Assembly: GCF_021869535.1 (NCBI RefSeq)
Contig: NW_026262690.1
Location: 73,656,001-73,720,000 of the forward strand
Reading direction: 5' to 3'
DNA from: Mytilus californianus
Lineage: Eukaryota
DNA length: 64,000 bases
Part shown: positions 62,401 through 64,000 of the stretch, piece after piece
How the letters are laid out: every line of letters begins with the position of its first letter
How positions within the stretch are numbered: the first letter of the stretch is position 1
Notes under the pieces: generated by a model
What the model saw: the letters and a program-made list of their open reading frames with translations, nothing else
What the model was told of the DNA's origin: nothing
Databases searched by the model: none
Made by a program: the position numbers and the translations under genes

Positions 62401-63537
62401 GTTACTGATTCAAACACATTTTAAATTTGATAACAGTTCATTAAACTATACATGTGAACTTGCCAATATGGCCTGTTCTAGTTTACATACACAACACATA
62501 ACCCGTATTATACAGGCACATCAAAATGAATTTTCTGAGCTATATTCTTTTCATAAGTTAATACCAAGTTTAAAAGGTTAATTTTTAATTCGGATTAATT
62601 TTTGAAATCTAATGAATATTAACTACATGACCGGAAAAGCGATAGAAATAGAAATGTCTAAAATCTCTATGTTACCTTATAACATTATGATGTACCTTAA
62701 AACTTAAATCAAAAGTTACACTAAACTGAGTCAAACAAGGCTACGGAATAAGAGCAATTTCATAGAAAATGAATATTAATTTAAAAATTAATTCTTATAT
62801 TTTGTAACTATGAACTTGTTTCATCAATTTCATACATGTAATTTCATTCCATAATAAAGAACTTACTTAAAACCATATATACTTACTTTCTGCATGAATT
62901 TGGACCACATGGTATCATTATCAGTGTTACTTATATCAGTTTTATTTAAACCTGAATCACTAACATATCCATTTGTATGTCGAACAGTTGAAACCTCTAA
63001 TTCGTTTTCTTTTATAGGAATAGATTCTATGAAATGGATTTCGTCATGATTGCCACCAGGTGATTTTACAGCTCTTTTCTTATGTGTTATGATTTCCTTT
63101 CGAAATTCTGTTTCTTCTACCTCTATATCCTCGCTATCTGTTGCCAAAGTTATTTCATTATCTGAGATATATTGACATTTTGGTTCATGTAAGTTTAAAC
63201 TGGCACTATTTTGCCTATAGAAGTCTTTTTCCCTTGCCTTTCCATTTACGCTGCTCGGGGCCACAATATCATATTCATCTGTTTCGTTTTTCAATTCGGC
63301 TTCATCTATTTCAAGACTGGCACGTTTATTCTGTACACCAGATACACATAATTGTATTTCTTCGTGATGGAGATTACTTCCAGTCTCATCGATTATGTTA
63401 ATTGATATTTCATTTTGGTGCAAATCCGATCCTTCGCTCCATAACCCGCCATTTGGAAGATCGTCTGCAATAGTTTCTCCAATTATTCCAATGTCATGAA
63501 ATTCTGTATCTCTACCAAATTCTTTATCTTTTGACAT
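32422..63537 (-). CDS. Large type II transmembrane multidomain protein (~1,790 aa): acidic cytosolic tail, TM, SEA, mucin, 7xTSP1, 6 Ig-like, 2 CBM14/peritrophin-A-like (hemicentin-like by naive annotation)
   Basis: 20 phase-consistent GT-AG exons: 63537-62887, 62369-62174, 60689-60586, 59098-59025, 58351-57648, 56898-56728, 56008-55838, 55221-55057, 54579-54406, 54100-53930, 53476-53303, 51533-51363, 50346-50029, 49632-49282, 48660-48340, 47227-46868, 46050-45853, 39666-39343, 36471-36112, 35692-35498 (5353 nt). The terminal exon is uncertain; the best acceptor is at 32432 and gives GFK*. Confidence 0.85.
32898..33385. mobile_element. Family-1 retroelement trailer (minus) interrupted by a family-3 trailer (plus, ~32922-33206)
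   Basis: The flanks rejoin as gagaca|ttcaaactc, matching the uninterrupted copy at 59646 onward. Confidence 0.6.
33830..34240 (+). mobile_element. HINE/pearl-like element
   Basis: Two ~150-bp core repeats, CGGAATGA microsatellite, terminal hairpin. Confidence 0.6.
35498..35692 (-). CDS. CBM14/peritrophin-A-like module 2 exon
   Basis: HPTVCDVFVQC...CP, 9 Cys, paralogous to module 1. Confidence 0.78.
36112..36471 (-). CDS. Ig-like domain B3 exon
   Basis: KPSNP...VCSGDVGEPP...IRCLVND. The donor gtttga is weak but sits at the same position as in B1 and B2. Confidence 0.75.
36914..37858. mobile_element. 945-bp non-autonomous DNA transposon with 160-bp TIRs and TA termini
   Basis: 36914-37073 versus the reverse complement of 37699-37858: 3 mismatches in 160 bp. 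Confidence 0.85.
38440..38810 (+). mobile_element. Degenerate family-2 trailer copy
   Basis: gcctgtctcaaaccaggagcctgt...gattggcaatcatacaacatct. Confidence 0.55.
39343..39666 (-). CDS. Ig-like domain A3 exon
   Basis: ECTNTS...ILC...TCGSEGPYTV, phase 1-1. Confidence 0.8.
40953..42208 (+). mobile_element. 5'-truncated Penelope-like retroelement (Naiad-type, family 1): RT pseudogene plus 3' trailer
   Basis: RT motifs TFDFSTLYTSIPH, GIPIGTNCAPLLADLFL, RYTDDVL and thumb YISQLIRYSRAC. The ORF ends with no C-terminal GIY-YIG. In-frame TAA at 41312, frameshift near 41410. 7-bp TSD GTTGCCT/GTTGTCT. Confidence 0.8.
42290..43830 (+). mobile_element. Degenerate Penelope-like element (family 2): RT C-terminus (42290-43110) plus 3' trailer (43110-43830)
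   Basis: RDKFSFPIDNFPFFDGDVP...GVYILKLVRY...LLSQGFR...FYGDVVYRA; several stops; interrupted by a MITE. Confidence 0.7.
42644..42940. mobile_element. 297-bp MITE with ~13-bp TIRs and a 6-bp TSD (TTGTTT)
   Basis: gagggttgtaatg / cattcctaccctc; TTGTTT at 42638-42643 and 42941-42946; removal restores the RT frame. Confidence 0.85.
44870..45100 (+). mobile_element. HINE core-repeat remnant
   Basis: aaagggacataactc...caaattcgaacttg...tataagtttcataac core resembling the other HINEs. Confidence 0.4.
45215..45500 (+). mobile_element. Family-2 trailer copy
   Basis: aatccgccacattc...gttgtctcattgacaatcatac. Confidence 0.6.
45853..46050 (-). CDS. CBM14/peritrophin-A-like module 1 exon
   Basis: HPGRCDYYVEC...C, 9 Cys, phase 1-1. 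Confidence 0.78.
46868..47227 (-). CDS. Ig-like domain B2 exon
   Basis: PEKPTL...HCYGNVGYPPG...LRCRVEN, phase 1-1. Confidence 0.8.
47337..47600. repeat. Minisatellite, ~10 copies of a 26-bp unit (GTGTTGCTGTCAA[G/T]TGAGGAAGTTTG)
   Basis: Head-to-tail units at 26-bp period, no spacers. Confidence 0.95.
47872..48152 (+). mobile_element. pearl/MgE-like HINE
   Basis: AACAAGAATGTGTC 5' end, core unit, GACG microsatellite, terminal hairpin remnant. Confidence 0.65.
48340..48660 (-). CDS. Ig-like domain A2 exon
   Basis: KCTDVS...TC...TCDDEGDYML, phase 1-1. Confidence 0.8.
49072..49115 (-). ncRNA. Degenerate type I hammerhead motif, same family as 4374-4415
   Basis: Minus strand: GCATCA CTGAAAA aatattgatt GTC GAAAT GCGC ATC TGATGC; perfect stem I, broken stem II. 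Confidence 0.55.
49282..49632 (-). CDS. Ig-like domain B1 exon
   Basis: KPTVP...QCSGNIGKPTG...MRCRVQN, phase 1-1. Confidence 0.8.
50029..50346 (-). CDS. Ig-like domain A1 exon
   Basis: SCTD...IAC...TCEDDGFYVV, phase 1-1. Confidence 0.8.
51363..51533 (-). CDS. TSP1 repeat 7 exon
   Basis: WSNWNEWDKCSLPCG...RNRSC, phase 1-1. Confidence 0.88.
52395..52710 (+). mobile_element. SINE body and tail ending in (CAAT)n
   Basis: Central ggaacgtcaaat...cctcgtg...acgttaagaac segment resembles conserved bivalve SINE cores; tail atttgccactggacgtttagcaaacaacaatcaat; head missing. Confidence 0.45.
53060..53079. repeat. (TA)10 microsatellite
   Basis: Direct reading. Confidence 0.9.
53303..53476 (-). CDS. 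TSP1 repeat 6 exon
   Basis: WSPWGTWDVCSVTCG, phase 1-1. Confidence 0.9.
53701..53726. repeat. (TA)13 microsatellite
   Basis: Direct reading. Confidence 0.9.
53930..54100 (-). CDS. TSP1 repeat 5 exon
   Basis: WGDWTPWEKCSKTCG...RSRDC, phase 1-1; not in the ORF track. Confidence 0.88.
54406..54579 (-). CDS. TSP1 repeat 4 exon
   Basis: WSTWLTWGECSLTCG...RNRTC, phase 1-1. Confidence 0.9.
55057..55221 (-). CDS. TSP1 repeat 3 exon
   Basis: WSQWSLWSSCDVTCG...RSRSC, phase 1-1; frame missed by the ORF track. Confidence 0.88.
55838..56008 (-). CDS. TSP1 repeat 2 exon
   Basis: WTQWSPWSACNVTCG, phase 1-1. Confidence 0.9.
56372..56640 (+). mobile_element. Family-2-variant trailer copy
   Basis: Reverse complement of 13471-13730. 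Confidence 0.65.
56728..56898 (-). CDS. TSP1 repeat 1 exon
   Basis: WGSWSFWAGCAETCG...RTRLC, phase 1-1. Confidence 0.9.
57648..58351 (-). CDS. Large gene exon 5: SEA end (PGSIKV) plus S/T-rich mucin stalk
   Basis: ttattacag| acceptor, phase 2-1, 704 nt. Confidence 0.85.
58391..58614. mobile_element. 224-bp PIF/Harbinger-type MITE with ~45-bp TIRs and TTA TSD
   Basis: GGGACGACATCAAAAG...CTTTTGATGTCGTCCC; TTA at 58388-58390 and 58615-58617. Confidence 0.85.
59025..59098 (-). CDS. Large gene exon 4: SEA domain, part 2
   Basis: actttcag| IDRVLNNNTGGFGDDYIGCIVLAL |gtaagt, phase 0-2. Confidence 0.78.
59646..59925 (-). mobile_element. Family-1 retroelement trailer inserted in a HINE-like element (~59280-59960)
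   Basis: Reverse complement of ~41925-42208; flanks rejoin the aggtcaaggtc core. Confidence 0.65.
60586..60689 (-). CDS. Large gene exon 3: SEA domain, part 1
   Basis: ttctacag| VHALIDLTVNASYIPDLSNSMSYRYKRFASDFCAE |gtatgt. Confidence 0.8.
61293..61795. mobile_element. ~500-bp foldback element with repeated GCGCCAA / TTGGCGC motifs
   Basis: Motif clusters at 61310-61390 and 61685-61790 are inverted relative to each other; imperfect terminal IRs; no TSD resolved. Confidence 0.5.
62174..62369 (-). CDS. Large gene exon 2: signal-anchor TM (KKK-VVYTLLFVGVAMLTVILIVIAV)
   Basis: gctacag| acceptor; the basic cluster N-terminal to a 22-aa hydrophobic helix implies N-in topology. Confidence 0.85.
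62887..63537 (-). CDS. Large gene exon 1: acidic, probably disordered cytosolic region (217 aa)
   Basis: acacaag|GATAATG acceptor, no signal peptide, |gtaagt donor. Confidence 0.82.
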
Positions 63538-64000
63538 TATCCTTGTGTTTAAATATGAAAAAAACTTTCATGAATATATTATTTTCTTTTTATTTTAACA
63601 TTCATAATCAAAGCGTAATTATTTATAAATATGCCAAATTGAAAAAGAAATACAAAACGGTTATTAGTTAGAAATTGTTTGTAATTGAACGACTAAAAAC
63701 AATGGATAAAAACTACGTTGACACGATTTTTACAAATTATTTAAAACAATAAAAATTTGACCTTGCGTGAAATTTAAATCGCTCTTTCTATTTATTTTTG
63801 TAAATTGATATGTTTCTTTCTTAAGTGCAAACTTTGACACAATTTTAACCGACATTTGCCAGATAATGTTTCATTTTCTCTATAAAGTTAAATTGAACAA
63901 AAGATATCGTTTTTAACCACGATCATATTTTTTTAGATTAAAAGCAAGAGAAAGTTAAAATTACAACAGTATGATAGAACGCAGATCAATTCAAGAAAAT

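Overview
AT-rich eukaryotic genomic DNA, inferred to be a bivalve and most likely a Mytilus-type mussel from its repeat families and a Pif-related shell gene. I saw no prokaryotic system, CRISPR array, rRNA or tRNA gene. Four protein-coding genes were rebuilt by hand from GT-AG sites and phase bookkeeping. (1) A single-coding-exon OTU-family cysteine protease/deubiquitinase with a duplicated N-terminal module (minus, 2487-3581). (2) The HAD-family pseudouridine-5'-phosphatase PUDP/HDHD1 (plus, 229 aa), which has two intact, duplicated first coding exons. (3) A secreted Pif/BMSP-related protein (minus, 519 aa): signal peptide, S/T/P- and K-rich region, chitin-binding-like motif, Laminin-G-like domain, no VWA. 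(4) A ~1,790-aa type II membrane protein (minus, 21 coding exons, last one uncertain): acidic cytosolic tail, TM, SEA, mucin, 7xTSP1, (IgA-IgB)x2, CBM14-like, IgA-IgB, CBM14-like. Introns and intergenic DNA are full of non-autonomous elements: nested Naiad-type Penelope-like retroelements, whose 3' trailers appear to be the commonest dispersed repeats here; hammerhead-ribozyme relics including a retrozyme-like tandem pair; HINE/pearl-like Helentron derivatives; and several MITEs with clear TIRs and TSDs. Domain and family names come from motif recognition only, since no searches could be run.
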